Assembly (NCBI GenBank): GCA_038087875.1
Contig: CM075989.1
Location: 20,212,001-20,276,000 of the forward strand
Direction of reading: 5' to 3'
Source: Malacoraja senta
Lineage: Eukaryota
Length of the DNA stretch: 64,000 nucleotides
Shown here: in pieces, positions 36,090 through 49,151 of the stretch
Numbering within the stretch: position 1 is the stretch's first letter
How the letters are laid out: every line of letters begins with the position of its first letter
The notes under the pieces: generated by a model
Told to the model about the DNA's origin: nothing
The model's database searches: none
What the model saw: only the letters and a program-made list of their open reading frames with translations
Translations under genes and position numbers: made by a program

Positions 36090-38035
36090 AGGAAGATGTG
36101 GATGGCAAAGTTCAGGAACATTGGATGATGAGAGACGTTGACATTTAATCACAAAGAAAATTAAGTATATGGAAGCTGAAATTGGACAAGGCCTTTGAGG
36201 AACACAAAGGAATCAGGAGAGACCTTAAACTCTAAAGGAGGGCTAAAAGCAGCCATGAAATGTGCTTGGCAAGAGAATCCCAGGGAACTTCATACATACA
36301 TTAAGAACAAGGGAGTAACTAGGGAGAGGGTGGGACCACTCAAGGGCAAAGGAAGATATGAAGACAGAGGCAGTAAGTGAGGTTCTAACGAGTACTGTCT
36401 ACTCCCTCCACTGATGCTGCCTGACCTGCCTAGTTCCTCCAGCACTTTGTCTTTTGCTCAAGATTCCAGCATCTGCAGTTACTTGCGTCTTCATTCAAGT
36501 ATAGTTCAGGGGAAGTAAGCATGGTACTAAATGATAACTTCACATCGGCAGTCACCAAGGAGAGGGACATGGAGGATTGAGAGACCAGGGATGGATCTGA
36601 TTTCTGCATCACAGGAAAGTGAATGAATGTATGAATGATACTTTTTTGTCACGTGTGAATAGTCACAGTGGTAATTCTTTGTTTTGCATACCCAAGGTAT
36701 CCAAACTGTCGCCACATAAAGGGCACCAACCAAGTTACAAAGTGAAGAAGGGTTTCGGCCCGAAACGTTGCCTATTTCCTTCGCTCAATAGATGCTGCTG
36801 CACCCGCTGAGTTTCTCCAGCACTTTTGTCTACCTTCCATTGTATACAAACCAGTTTTAGGTGAAGGCTGTAGAAAGAACGCAGAAGTGTTCACCAGGAT
36901 GTTGCCTGGATTAGAGAGTGTTAGCTGTAAGAAAAGGTTGGATAAACTTGGATTGCAGAGGAAGTGATGGAAGGAGATATGACACCAATGTTTAAGAGGC
37001 ATTGAGACTGACATATGAACACCCAGGGGATGGAGGGTTATATGCAAAGGCCAGGCACATGTGCAGCTTATATTGGCATCATAGTCGGCACAGACATCAT
37101 GGACAGAAGGGCCTTTTCCTGTGCTGTATTGCTCCATGTTCTTCCTCACATCAGCTTAATTCTACTCAACAGCGAAAGTGATATAAATTATTTACTGGCA
37201 ATTATGGCCCATGGTTCGATTTCACAGAATGCTGTGAATACAACAAGCAAACAGAGATAATTTCTTCTTCCTGCTGCAACTTAATTAGTTAAATATTTGC
37301 CGCATTGCTATACAGAGGAATCTTGAGTGGCTACAGTTGCAAAGAATTATCCTTCATCTGTCAGGTCATAGGGTAGAAAAGTTGGGAATTCTTGTTCCAG
37401 CTGAGGTGACGTTTGATGTAATGTGTACAGTTCTGCTAGCCACACTATAGGAAGAGTGTGGAAGTTTTGGAGAGGGTGTAAAAGAAGCTGACCAGGATAT
37501 TGATGGATTGGAGTGTATTTAGCTATAAGGAGAGGTTTGACAAACTTGGATTGCTTTCAGTGGAGCATTAAAGGCTGAATTATAGAAACATAGAAAATAG
37601 GTGCAGGAGTAGGCCATTTGGCCCTTTGAGCCAGCACCACCATTCAATATGATCATGGCTGGCTGATCATCCAAAATTGACCTGATAGAAGTATATGAAA
37701 TTATGAGAAGCACAGATAGGGTAGATGGTTGGAATCTTTTCCCCAGGGTAATATTGTCAAATACTTGAGGGCATTGGTTTAAGATAGAGGGTGAAAATTT
37801 AAAGGAGATGTACAAATCATGTTTGTTTCTTTACAGAGATTGGCAAGTGCCTGGAACACAATGCTAGGGCCGGTGGTAGAAGCAGATACATCAGCAATGT
37901 TTAAGATGCATTTAGACAAGGAATACAGGGACACCGACCATCTCCAGACACATGGGACTAGTTTAGATTGGCACCATGATCGGCGCAGACATGGTGGGCT
38001 GAAGGACTTGTTCCGGCACTATGCTGCTCAATGTT
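36090..38035 (+). mobile_element. Fragmented CR1 LINE pieces interleaved with Penelope-derived and other repeats
   Basis: QENPRELHTYIKNKGVTRERVGPLK (CR1 ORF2); ttcaccaggatgttgcctggatt; gggcattggtttaagatagagggt; 3' tail at about 38030. Confidence 0.7.
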
Positions 38036-38129
38036 ATTAATTTATCTATAACATTAGAAAGTGCAATTCACGTTAAAATGCAGAAAATTAAACAAAACAA
38101 AGAAAAACTAATGGGAATGAAAGCACAAT

Positions 38130-38345
38130 AGCTCAGTTATTGGACTAGCATTAGAGGACTGGACTATTGATCTCAAAACATAATCAAATCCTGCCATGGC
38201 AGATGGGAAATTTAATTCAAAATAATAAAATGAATAAAAAGTTATGATTAATGATGACACATGCAAGTTCTCACTGCTGTGGCTCATATGCAAATCATTT
38301 ATTCACACTTCAGGTGAGGGGAATCTACAAGGGAATCTCAGTCCT
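38130..38345 (+). mobile_element. Old SacSINE1-like SINE
   Basis: tggactagcattagagg...tcaaatcctgccatggcagatgggaaatttaattcaa. Confidence 0.45.
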
Positions 38346-38376
38346 GTATCCTCCCCACACACCCCTGGACGTACGT

Positions 38377-38399
38377 ACACACACACACACACACACACA
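38377..38399. repeat. (CA)n microsatellite
   Basis: tacacacacacacacacacacaca. Confidence 0.9.
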
Positions 38400-38763
38400 A
38401 CTAAAGCTTACAAGGCATATTAAGCCAATATTTCCAAACTAATACTGAATCTTGTTCGGTAAAAGGTTTAAAAGTTATGAAACCATAGAAGGTGTCACTT
38501 TAATGGTGAACCAGGATGGAGGCCAGATTACAATAAATTGCATGACCTTCATTGCATTAAGCACATTAACAAATATAATAATATAGATAATGAGTCTGAT
38601 TTTTTTGGAAATTGTTGTTATAGTTTGATAAATACTTTAACATTTGTTTTTCACTTTTGCTTTTTAATGTGATGAATTGAGTGAATTTGAGTATTTTGCT
38701 TGTGAAATAATAAATAACATGAAAGGAATGCAACAAGATTGTTGCAATATTTAGTTACTCATG

Positions 38764-38980
38764 AAGATAGACACAAACTGCTGGAGTAATTCAGCGGGAC
38801 AGGCAACATCTCTGGACGGAAGGAATGGGTGACATTTCAGGTCAAGACGCTTCTACGAGAGGAAAAAAAAGATTTTAAAAAATCCTTTTTTCCAGAGATG
38901 CTGCCTGTCCCGCTGAGTTACACCAGCATTTTGTGTTTATCTTCAGTGTAAACCAGCATCTGAAGTTCCTTCCTGCACAA
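38764..38980. mobile_element. Penelope-derived fold-back insertion with 13-bp TSD
   Basis: TTAGTTACTCATG at 38751-38763 and 38981-38993; inverted arms. Confidence 0.85.
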
Positions 38981-39111
38981 TTAGTTACTCATGTCTCTCC
39001 AAACCAAAAGAATGCTATAAAACAAGATTTTACCAGCACCTCTGGACCTGTGTGTCTACAAAACAAAGTTCAGGGTATAACATACAAGTCAGAGTTTGAC
39101 AGGGGACTCAC

Positions 39112-39319
39112 CGTCCTGTGTGTTCCGAGTGAGAATGTTGCATAATTCCTTCTCGCTGATACCAAGGCACTGACAAACCTCCTCCCAGCTGTAAGGTTCC
39201 GGGTGCAGCACTTGTTCCACAGTTGAAAGCATCGTCTCCAGATCCACTCCAAGCCCCTGCTGCAAGTCTCCCAGTCTTAAAGGTTTCTGCCACTCAAGTC
39301 CTTTAGCTTTTGCTAGGAC
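39112..39319 (-). CDS. GALK2: GALK2 exon (208 nt; frame not shown in the ORF track)
   Basis: [69 protein letters not shown]; acceptor ttggtatttag, donor G|gtgagt. Confidence 0.95.
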
Positions 39320-39947
39320 CTAAATACCAAAAGAAGTCACACCGTTAATATTACACGGAGAAACACGGAACTGCAGATGCTGGAGTCCTGATTAAAAACA
39401 CAAAGTGCTGGAGGATCACAGCAGGTCAGGCAAGCACCTGTAGAGGGAATGGACAGGCGACATTTCAGGTCCAGGCCATTCATCTGAAGCAGAAACGTTG
39501 TCAGTCCATTCCTCTCTACAGATACTGCCCGACCCACTGACAGCGCAAACTGATGTGACAGGAGAATTTGGGTGCCATTTTACAGTCCCAACTGCAGTTG
39601 GCTACAAAGGCCGGTTGCAGCCGTCTCCTCCTCTAGAACCCGCCAAACCTCTACATTAAGATTTCTATAAGATTAATCTCTGTTCCACCACATAACTAAG
39701 CTCCTATTCATTGTATAAGCAAATTTCTTTTGCAGCCTTTCTTTGGTCTATCCAAATATCCTTTGTACACTCAAGCCGGGAATAATTTTATAATTCTGGC
39801 TTATCTGAGAGGGATAGTTCTATATTTTTTTTAAATTCAGTCCCCTTTGTTAGAAAAGTAGATTGGGCAAGCAGTAGAGCTATTGGCTCTCAATAAATGC
39901 ACTCGCCATTTGTCTCACTAAGTTAACCAAGTATAAAGAAAGAATGT

Positions 39948-40076
39948 GTAGGAAGGAACTGCAGATGCCGGCTTAAACCGAAGATAGACTCAAAAGCTGA
40001 AGTAACTCAGTGGGACAGGCAGCATCTCTGGAGAGAAGGAATGGGTGACGTTTTGGTTCGAGACCCTCCTTCAGAC
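39948..40076 (-). mobile_element. Penelope-derived single-arm insertion with 15-bp TSD
   Basis: ATAAAGAAAGAATGT at 39933-39947 and 40077-40091; element starts at gtCTGA of a degenerate hammerhead core. Confidence 0.85.
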
Positions 40077-40490
40077 ATAAAGAAAGAATGTTCACATGGA
40101 CATTATCATGGTGTTATGGATTTACCTGTAGTTTTGGGAGCCACGACTTGATGTAGCAAAAGCAGAATAAAATACCTCCTCCTTAAGTTGCACAAAGTGA
40201 GATGTAGCAACCATACTGCTTATTTATTTTTCATACTAGAACAACATTTATACCATTAGATTAGGATGCTGGACATTAGCAAAGGAAAAGGCATGATGTT
40301 ATGAAAGTAATAATTCACACTCCACAAATCAATCAGAATATTAAATGTTTGGAAAAGGATTTTAACCATTGGAGGAAGATTTCTGAGGAAAGAAAACATT
40401 GCTACCAGCAGCCTGTTACTCTCTAATTCTTACCAAGCTAGCTTTCAGCTCTTCATCTCCATAAATGCAAGCTTATCCCTAACTCTGGTT

Positions 40491-40826
40491 GTTCACAGAT
40501 ACTGCATGGAACCAGGCCCTTGGGCCCACACAGTCATGCCACTATTGATCACGCATCCACACTACTTCTATGTTATCCCACACTTTCTCATTCACTCCCC
40601 ACACACCCAGGGCTATTTACAGAGGCTAATTATCCTACAAACCCCGCATGCCTTTGGTATGTGGGAGGAGACCGGGGAACCAGGAGGAAACCCACGCGGA
40701 CACAGGGGGATCGTGCAAACTCCACACAGACAATACCCATGGTCAGGATCAAACCCAGTTATCTGGCGATGTGAGCCAGCAACTCTACCAACCGCGTCAG
40801 TGTGCTGCCCTTTGTGCCACTGTGCC
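40491..40826 (-). mobile_element. V-SINE (diverged)
   Basis: tgtgggaggagaccggggaaccaggaggaaacccacgcggacacagggg. Confidence 0.75.
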
Positions 40827-42344
40827 AAAACTAGCTCGTTCTCTATATAAGCAACACCATAATTTAAAAAATCTTCTCCTTGTTTTAAAGCTCCTTTCTA
40901 ATCTCACTCTGCCTTAACCATGTAACCTTCTCTAGCCTAGAAGCCCCAGATATTGCTTTCTCCTATTTCTAGCCTGTTTTCCATCCATTTTTCATCTTTC
41001 CATCACTGACAGCCACGTTTCCAATTATCTCAATCAGAAGTTGTGAAACCCATCCACAAATTTTTCAGACACACCCTTCCCTTTTAGTAAGTTTGTGAAG
41101 CACCTCTTTATTTAAACACTTAGCCATCTCTCCAAGGTGCTTGGCATTGTTTTGTTTGATAACTGTTCCTTCAAAGCAATTTACTGTGCTACATAAATGA
41201 AACCCATTGGTGCCTTTGAGTAGAGAATTAGAAAGAGACTAATTATTCTACAAATTCATTGGGAACAATCCCTGTATCTGGCTCACATGGATTTTAATCA
41301 GAATTATATCTACTGGGCTTTCCCCAATTTTTCTCCTTTGATATTAAGATTACTGTCAGCATGCTCCTTACAACCTTCCTAATTTATTTCCCCCAACAGT
41401 TCATGTATGGCACCTCATCCAAGAGAATTATGATACTGCACAAATCACACTGCTAGCATTTTGAATACTTACCAGAACAATATAATACAGCAACCCAAAA
41501 TATGCAGAAAGTAACAAGATTTCAGTTCCAGGAGATGCATCCAAACACATTTCTCTAGAGGCAAGTGTCTAATATTTTCTATCATCTTGATTCATGGGTT
41601 TCAAACTGACATCAAGTGGGTGTCGATGTTCCCTCTGTGCCTCTTGTGCTGCAACCTCACATTCCCTCTCTCTGTCTAATTATGATAGCCCATTGGTACT
41701 GTCAACTAAAGCACGATAAATTAATTGTGCCAACTTTCGGGTTGTCTGGCAGCTCTCTGTATGTTGTTTTGCCAACGATCATGTACGCCTAAAAGTTAAT
41801 GGAATGCCATAACATTGTTGAAAGGTGAGGATGAGGCTTAACATTCTCGGGAATGCAGCCATTGGGGAAAATGTGCACGCACTCCCTTCCTAATATATGC
41901 ATTCCGTTAGAAAATTGATGAAATCATCAGATTTGCCAAATATGAAATCAGTGAACAGTATGCGGCAAAGCACTGCTCATCTGAGAACTCTGTCATCATA
42001 AACAAATCAAGAGGAACCAGGCGCACAGACTGTCAGAGCTGCAGAAACTCTCATTAGCACAGGCAAAGCAAACTCTTTCCTGAACAAAATGGCAAATCAT
42101 TCATAATATTGTGTATGGAGACATGCAATAACAATTATCTGGGTTAGATGTGTCCAGTTTTTTGTAGCCAGGACATTGTTGGGCGGATGTCAGTATTGTA
42201 GCTGTACTGAACAGTTTAGCTGAGCATCTTCCTCGTTCTGGAGCACCGATCTCCAGCACCACATTTAAAATGCTGTTGGACCATACACCCGGCTGTTTCT
42301 TGATATTATTTGAAGTTAAACAGATTGACTGAAGGAGGATAGTA

Positions 42345-42525
42345 AACACAAAAAGCTAGAGTAACTCAGCAGGTCAGACAGCATCTCTGGAGAAAAGGAA
42401 TAGGTGATGTTTCGGGTTGAACCCTCCAAACCAAAATGTCATCTATCCATGTCTTCCAGATATGCTACCTGACCCAGCACTGTGTGTTCTGAGCAAGATT
42501 CCAGTATCTGCAGTTCCTTGTGTCT
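42345..42525. mobile_element. Penelope-derived fold-back element
   Basis: acacaaaaagctagagtaactcagcaggtcag...gattccagtatctgcagttccttg. Confidence 0.7.
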
Positions 42526-43228
42526 GAGAAATGTATTGATGAGCACCTCAGGAGGAGGTTAAGAATACCATTCGCTCCGTCCATCTTTCAATGGCGAGCA
42601 CTGAAAAGCAAAGTCATCAATTGTGCTCTAATTTGATAAGCAAACAAAAGGCAGTAAAGCACCTAGAGCTAGAAAAGAACAGGTCTCACAGAAAACTTCA
42701 TCTTACTACTGTGAAACTCACTTTTAAGGGTCCTTTCTGAATTGTCCAGAACTACTAGAAAATCACAGGGTAGAGAGATTCTGTCATCATTCACATGCCT
42801 TCAATGTGTGGATTTCAACAGCAACACTTCTTGGCAAATGGAATTCAGGAAAAGGTGACATTGTACATTTTGACAAGAAAGGAAACAATAGTATATTCTT
42901 TAAATTAAGTGAACTTGCAGAGTCCCAAGAAGGCAACCACATCTTCCAACAATTTGCTGATGATTTTAGTAAACTGACTGGGTAATAATTATTGGATTTT
43001 GTGAGGACAATACACACCTTAGCTTCCCTAATTCCCAATAGAACCTGCATTCTACTTTTTGTGACTCATGTACTGTGAAACATTGACCACATTAGCCATT
43101 ACAGAACCCACAAAACCAGAGTGGATGTATGTCATCCTTGAACCCTAAGAATTGATGAAGATGAAGTTATATAAAGCACTGTTGAGGGACTGGTGAACAT
43201 TAAGATGATGATAATGATGAAGATGACA

Positions 43229-43495
43229 TAGACAATAGACAATAGGTGCAGGAGTAGGCCATTCGGCCCTTCGAGCCAGCACCGCCATTCAATGTGATCA
43301 TGGCTGATCATCCCCGTTCCTGCCTTCTCCCCATGTCCCCTGACTCCGCTATTTTTAAGAGCCCTATCTAGCTCTCTCTTGAAAGCATCCAGAGAACCTG
43401 CCTCCACCGCCCTCTGAGGCAGAGAATTCCACAGACTCACCACTCTCTGTGAGAAAAAGTGTTTCCTCGTCTCCGTTCTAAATGGCTTACTCCTC
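43229..43495 (-). mobile_element. Young CR1 LINE 3' end
   Basis: KPFRTETRKHFFSQRVVSLWNSLPQRAVEAGSLDAFKRELDRAL; (tagacaa)n tail. Confidence 0.9.
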
Positions 43496-43664
43496 CTGAC
43501 ATCTTCTAAGACCCTGACTAAGACCCCAGATCCCTCTCCATTCAGGCCTCTGCAATTTCTCATAATTTAGATCATATGTTTTTTTCCCCCTTTCCTATTA
43601 AAATGGACAATTTCACACTTTCTCACATTATATTCTGTTTGTCAAACCTTTACCTATTCATTTA

Positions 43665-44000
43665 AGTGCTGGAGGAACTCAGCGGGTCAGGCAGCATCTG
43701 TGTAGGGAATGGACAGGCGAAGTTTGGGGTCAGGCCCCTTCTTTGGTCTGATGGAGTAGGGGGCAGAAAGCTGGAAAAGAGAGATGGGGAGGGACAAGGC
43801 CTGGCAAGTGATAGGTGGATACAGGTGAGGTGGGTTTGATTGGCAGATGGGTGGAGTCAGTGACAAAGGAGACAAAACCGTTCCAGCTAAAGGGAGAAGA
43901 GGCATGAAATGTAAAGTCCAAGTGAAGAATACAAGTGGAAGGAGACAGGGAAGAGAGGGGAGTTAAAGGAAAATGAAGGACCCAGGAATGGGAGATGGGT
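43665..44000 (-). mobile_element. Penelope-like terminal fragment
   Basis: gtgctggaggaactcagcgggtcaggcagcatctgtg...purine-rich tract. Confidence 0.65.
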
Positions 44001-44299
44001 GTACAAAGCTTTGTCTTTTAACTAGACGTGTATACTTGTAACTAGACGTGTAAATTTCAGTTTGATTTCTTTCACATAAAGGTGTTTGCTTCAGTTTTTA
44101 CTCCATGGCAAATTCTGAGCCATTAGCTAAACTAGTAGTTCACAAAACCAAATGTAGTCAATGGGTCAAATTACCGACACCATATACAAGTATGTAGTGT
44201 TGTTCTTTGGAATACCATGAGAAATACCATGAGAAATGATTATTATATAAAATACAACTGTTGTTTGTCAGGAAAAGAAATAAAATTGAGCAGTGATAC

Positions 44300-44452
44300 C
44301 TTCGCAGCAATTCGGCACTCCACTACTCTGATATTGAAGTGAGTTGTCGCTGCTTTATTCATTTCTTTGCAACTGTTCGCAATCACGAAAACTGCTCCGT
44401 TTGGAACCTTTACATTGGTGGCACGGAGTGGGTTGAATTCAATCAACTTGGC
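44300..44452 (-). CDS. GALK2: GALK2 exon (153 nt)
   Basis: [51 protein letters not shown]; ag/gt boundaries. Confidence 0.96.
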
Positions 44453-46794
44453 CTATGAAAGATAAAATGGTCATTTGTAGATATGTAACCAGTAACACCA
44501 TTCGACATGTACGTTTAGACCAACCTGTACGAAGCTTTGCGTTACATAACAACAATGTCACACGCACCTGCAATATTTGCAGATCGTGGCTCAGAGTATT
44601 TAATGGTAATAATCCCATTCCCTTAAAGGTTAAAGGCAACTTGAGAACAAAACGAGGAAATAATTTCACGTTGACTAGCTCTCTGATAGCTAATCAGAAA
44701 TTGGACAGGAATAAGGCCAGCAAGTCTGTTTTCATTAAAACAAAAGAAATGAAGTAATGATTTCAGAGATGTTTACGAATATGAAGAGATGTCAAGAAGG
44801 CCACTTGATAATTTGCATAACATGAATGATTTAGGACAGAGAAGAACAAAACTTCAAAGAGAGAATTATGAAATCGCAAAAGTCAGTGATTGAAGCAGAG
44901 ACCAAGTCTGCATTTAAGTTCGATAAGAGGCTGGGGGAACGGGAAATAATGTAATTTGAAAACAAGGCTGGCTGGTTATTGCTTGGGTGGAGGATGAACA
45001 TTCATATAGATTGGCTGGGCTGTAATGGCAAATGTCCATTCCACAATTACTTCCCTTTGATACAAATGGCCTCAGTACACATGGACGGCTGTGGCAGTTC
45101 CACTCTGGTTTTCTTTCAATTCCCTTCTGCTTAAAATTGTAAAGAGAGACCAGGATTATGCCCAACGCGGGTAAACGGCTCCCAAGTCACTCGTACATTA
45201 AGAATAAACAGCGCAGTTAGGCACTGAAAGGAACAAGCACTGCATCATGTTATCATGAGTCAGCATTTTCAGTCGGAGAACAGAGGATGAATTAAAAAGG
45301 TGTTTGTGTGACAAATCTTTGGCAGAACTGGGAAAATTGTGTGTTTTATTTTCCACATGTCCTTGGTCTTCTGAATCTGAATAAGAACATGGGCAAAGAA
45401 CAGATGTACTTCGAGGATCCTGGCAGCCATGGGTGTTCCAGGCAATTATACATTTTCAGCTGACCCAACGTTCCACTCCATGTGATTTAAATTATATGTT
45501 TGAAGATCACGCACTGCATGAATCTCAATTAAAAACATGAAAGAAATGTACCATGATTGCAAGGTTTGTAGATGGGATGCTTTCAGTTGGCAGAATGTAC
45601 TACTGTTGTACAACTTGCCAAATCTTTTACAATAGGGTAATTGTAACTCCAGAAATATTTCTATTGAGTATACCAATTGTGTACCAACTAAGGGATGTGT
45701 ATATCACTCAGTCACTGCTGGTACGGCAATTGCATTAAATAATTAATTTGTACGTTGCAATCAAAAACGATTGCACATTCCAGTACAAAGATCACCCATA
45801 ATAATCTTTTGAAGACTACCAGAGGGAAAATAAAATAAACAAATTTAACTCCAATTTAATACAACCTCCTGGGACCTTTGACTAGTTGTTAATAATTCAA
45901 TTTTAAAAGCAAATGCTGCTCAGCAAGCGGTTTAGAGATTATCATTTGTCAGTCTGTGTGAAATTCATGTACTGTACATGGTCTAATGACATTTCACCAT
46001 GGATTCTATTTCACTCACGGTAACTTGCTAGGATAAACACTTCATAAAATAGTATCCGTCCTTCAAATTTACTAAGCAATCACAGCATGTCATCACCGAC
46101 AAGCCACCTTCAAAGATGAGCATGATAACACAAAAATCTTCACGTTTCATGTTGTATACGGTGACTTCACTTTCATGTGCCTGCTACATGGAAAGACCAT
46201 GGAATCAACAGCAAATTTTCCAATGATATGAACACACACTACTAAAGTTTGTGAACATCGTTAGAATTTGAATGGTTCCTTCCTTAAACCTACTCATCAT
46301 TTCTCTGGACAATCATTTATTACCAGTTCAGCTGCAAAACTTTCTTCACCGCAGCTACCAAACAATTACCAACTTCATGAACTTATCCCTTCTATGAATA
46401 TTTCACAAAGACCTATGTTAGAAATCTTCTGAAACTACATGTTAGTACTTGCTGAAGCAGAATAACAGTGCATATCCTCATGCACTTTGTGTCCTTTTTT
46501 GCAAACCAGTATCTGCAGTTCCTTGTTCCTACATTTTAAGAGTGCTTCCGGATACTTTTTCTGCTATATTTCCAAGAGTAACTGATCTAGAACATGCAGA
46601 TAATGTCTCGATCTTTTCTCAATATGGTGAAAAAAATGTTCATACTCCAATCCCAAGATACTTCAATGCTTTGTGTGAAACCTCTCTCAAGTACTTAATG
46701 ATATTATGGTATTTTAGGAGAAACTGATTACCTGACACATATCTGAAGAGGATGGTCTGAGCATCTTCTGACTTTTCATTTCTATTATTGGGTA

Positions 46795-46975
46795 TGTGTA
46801 GAAGGAATTGCAGATGCTGGTTTATACCGAAGATAGACACAAAATGCTGGAGTAACTCAGCGGGTCAGGCAACATCTTTGGAAAAAAGGAATAGGTGACA
46901 CTTCGAGTCGCCTATTCCTTTTCCCCAGAGATGTTGCCTGACCTGCTGAGTTACTCCAGCACTATGTGTCTATCC
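46795..46975. mobile_element. Penelope-derived fold-back element
   Basis: gatagacacaaaatgctggagtaactcagcgggtcaggcaacatc / gatgttgcctgacctgctgagttactccagcactatgtgtctatc. Confidence 0.8.
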
Positions 46976-47290
46976 ATTAACGGGTATGATGGACTCAGCA
47001 ATGATAATGCAATAGTAGGTAACTAGATTTTCATGTTAGAGATGACCAATGTTGGGCAAATTTGCAAAATAAATGTTATTTTCCACTTGCTTAAATTTTA
47101 TTTCTTCTTGTATGCTTGAGAATCAATTGTTTCATTTGCTGAGGATTTGCAAATGAAATTAAACTTTATGCAATCATAAGCAAACAACTTCAATTCAAAC
47201 CTAATAAAGGAAGGAAGCATTATAACCAAAGGATTGTAATCACTTCATGCAAGTACTGATGCATCTCAGAATTTTAAATAAAATGATTAC

Positions 47291-47389
47291 CATTCCCTTT
47301 TCTGCCAAGAATGAAATGGATTGGTCCATACCACCACCTTCAGTCCCAATGTAGCGCTCACATCTTGCACAGATTTCTGCAAGTTCTAT
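47291..47389 (-). CDS. GALK2: GALK2 exon (99 nt)
   Basis: [33 protein letters not shown]; acceptor tttatttatag, donor ATG|gtaatc. Confidence 0.96.
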
Positions 47390-47487
47390 CTATAAATAAA
47401 TTGAAAAGAATAATTACACATATTTAGTCTACACATCAGTCAACAGTGGAAAAAGAATACTTATTGATTCAGGAATAAACTGTTGAC

Positions 47488-47780
47488 TTAGTTTAGTTGA
47501 AAGATACAGCAGGGAAACAGGCCCTTTGGCCCACCAAGAATGCGCTGATCAATGATCCCCCATGCACTAGTTCTATCCTACACAATAGGGCCAATTTGGT
47601 GCAGAAGCCAATTAAACTACAAACCAGCTAAGTGAGAGGAAACCGGTGCACCTGGAGAAAATGCACGCGGTCACAGGGTGAACATACAAACTCCGTCAGA
47701 CAGTACCCGTAGTCAGGATCAAATCCCGTGCTCTAGCCCTTTAAGGCAGCAACTCTACCATTGCACCACTGTGCTGCCCC
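47488..47780 (-). mobile_element. V-SINE
   Basis: Reverse-complement family match. Confidence 0.8.
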
Positions 47781-48082
47781 AAATTGTTTACAAGATGGGT
47801 AATGCTTGTAAATCAGATCCAGCTCAATGGTTAATTTCCAGTAAACCTTTGCATTTTCAATCACAATTTGTGTCGCTTATTAATTAAAACTATAAAGGAA
47901 TAATCAGTGATGTGATTGGGGATTGACCAAAGTGGAAAACCACAGTATGCAAAGAAGTGGAATTGTTGCAATAAAACAAACTGTTCCATTCAATATGAAG
48001 GCAAAACTAAATGGTAAACTTTAAGAAGTTGCTGGAAATGTACAATTTGAATTTGCTTAAACCATAATTTTCCCTGGTAATT

Positions 48083-48392
48083 TTAGAGTTTGGAGATGGA
48101 GCGAAGAAACAGGCTCTTCGAACCACCGAGTTGACGTCGACCATCGATCACCTGTCCACTAGTTCCATATTATTCAACTTTCGCATGCTACATGCTAGGA
48201 GCAATCTACCAAAGCCAATTAACCTACAACCCTGCACGTCTTTCGAATGAGGGAGGAAACTGGAGCGCTCGGAGAAAACCGACACGGTCACAGGACGAAC
48301 GTACATGCTCCACAAAGACAGCATCTGTAGTCAGGACCAAACCCAGGTCTCTGGAGCTGTAAGGCAGCAGCCCCTACCGCTGTACCACCCTA
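48083..48392 (-). mobile_element. V-SINE
   Basis: Reverse-complement family match. Confidence 0.8.
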
Positions 48393-49013
48393 ATTAAGCG
48401 GGGAAATTCTGCTCACAGAACTTGCACCACACTAGAGGTCTTTCTGAATAATGAGACCATACATCAGAATACAGATTTCACATTTGCAAGGAAAGTAGGC
48501 AAAAGGAGTTACTTAGAAAACAAAATTACAAGCAATTAGTTGTAATGTTATTTTAAATGTGATTTTATGAGCTTTTATTAAGAAAACGCTCCAGATATGT
48601 TTTAATTATTTGATTTTGTTTTTGAACATTTCTAAATGACAGGGGCAGTCAGAAACATTGTGGCATAAGCCCTCAACACCATAGATGGTTTAATCAATAG
48701 GGTCAGATGATAATATTTCCAGCAAATTATCCTTGCATGTACATTTGTGTAAGTGCAGGGCAATTGGGTATCAATTCACAATTTTGATTTCTTATTCTAA
48801 TCTGCAACTCGCCAAAGAGTAGAAAAAAAATAAACTACCCTTTTTAGTATTTTGCTTTGCATTTTCTTAACAGCTTGGCCATTCCTGATAGTTTTCATGC
48901 GTTAACCATATTGATGTGGGTAGGAGCCACACATAGGCCAGAATAAGTTTGGTCATATTTTCTTTCATAAAAGGCCATTAGTAAACCGCAAAGATTACTA
49001 TGACAATTTAAGT

Positions 49014-49151
49014 TGCAGATTGCATCAGTCTGAAGAAGGGTCTCGACCCGAAACGTCGCCTATTCCTTCGCTCCATAGATTCTGCCTCACCCACTGAGTT
49101 TCTCCAGATTTTTTGCCTACCTTCGATTTTCCCAGCAGTTGTTTCTTAAAC
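49014..49151 (+). mobile_element. Penelope-derived insertion with intact hammerhead core, inside an older SINE
   Basis: CTGAAGA-A-GGGTC-TC-GACCC-GAAA-CGTC at 49030-49057; TSD ATGA(C/T)AATTTAAGT at 49000-49013 and 49152-49165. Confidence 0.8.

Noticed and set aside
43132-43563. 143-aa ORF
   Set aside because: C-terminal remnant of CR1 ORF2 plus flanking sequence
44030-44236. Short direct duplications (aactagacgtgta x2; aataccatgagaaat x2)
   Set aside because: Ordinary slippage-type micro-duplications with no further structure
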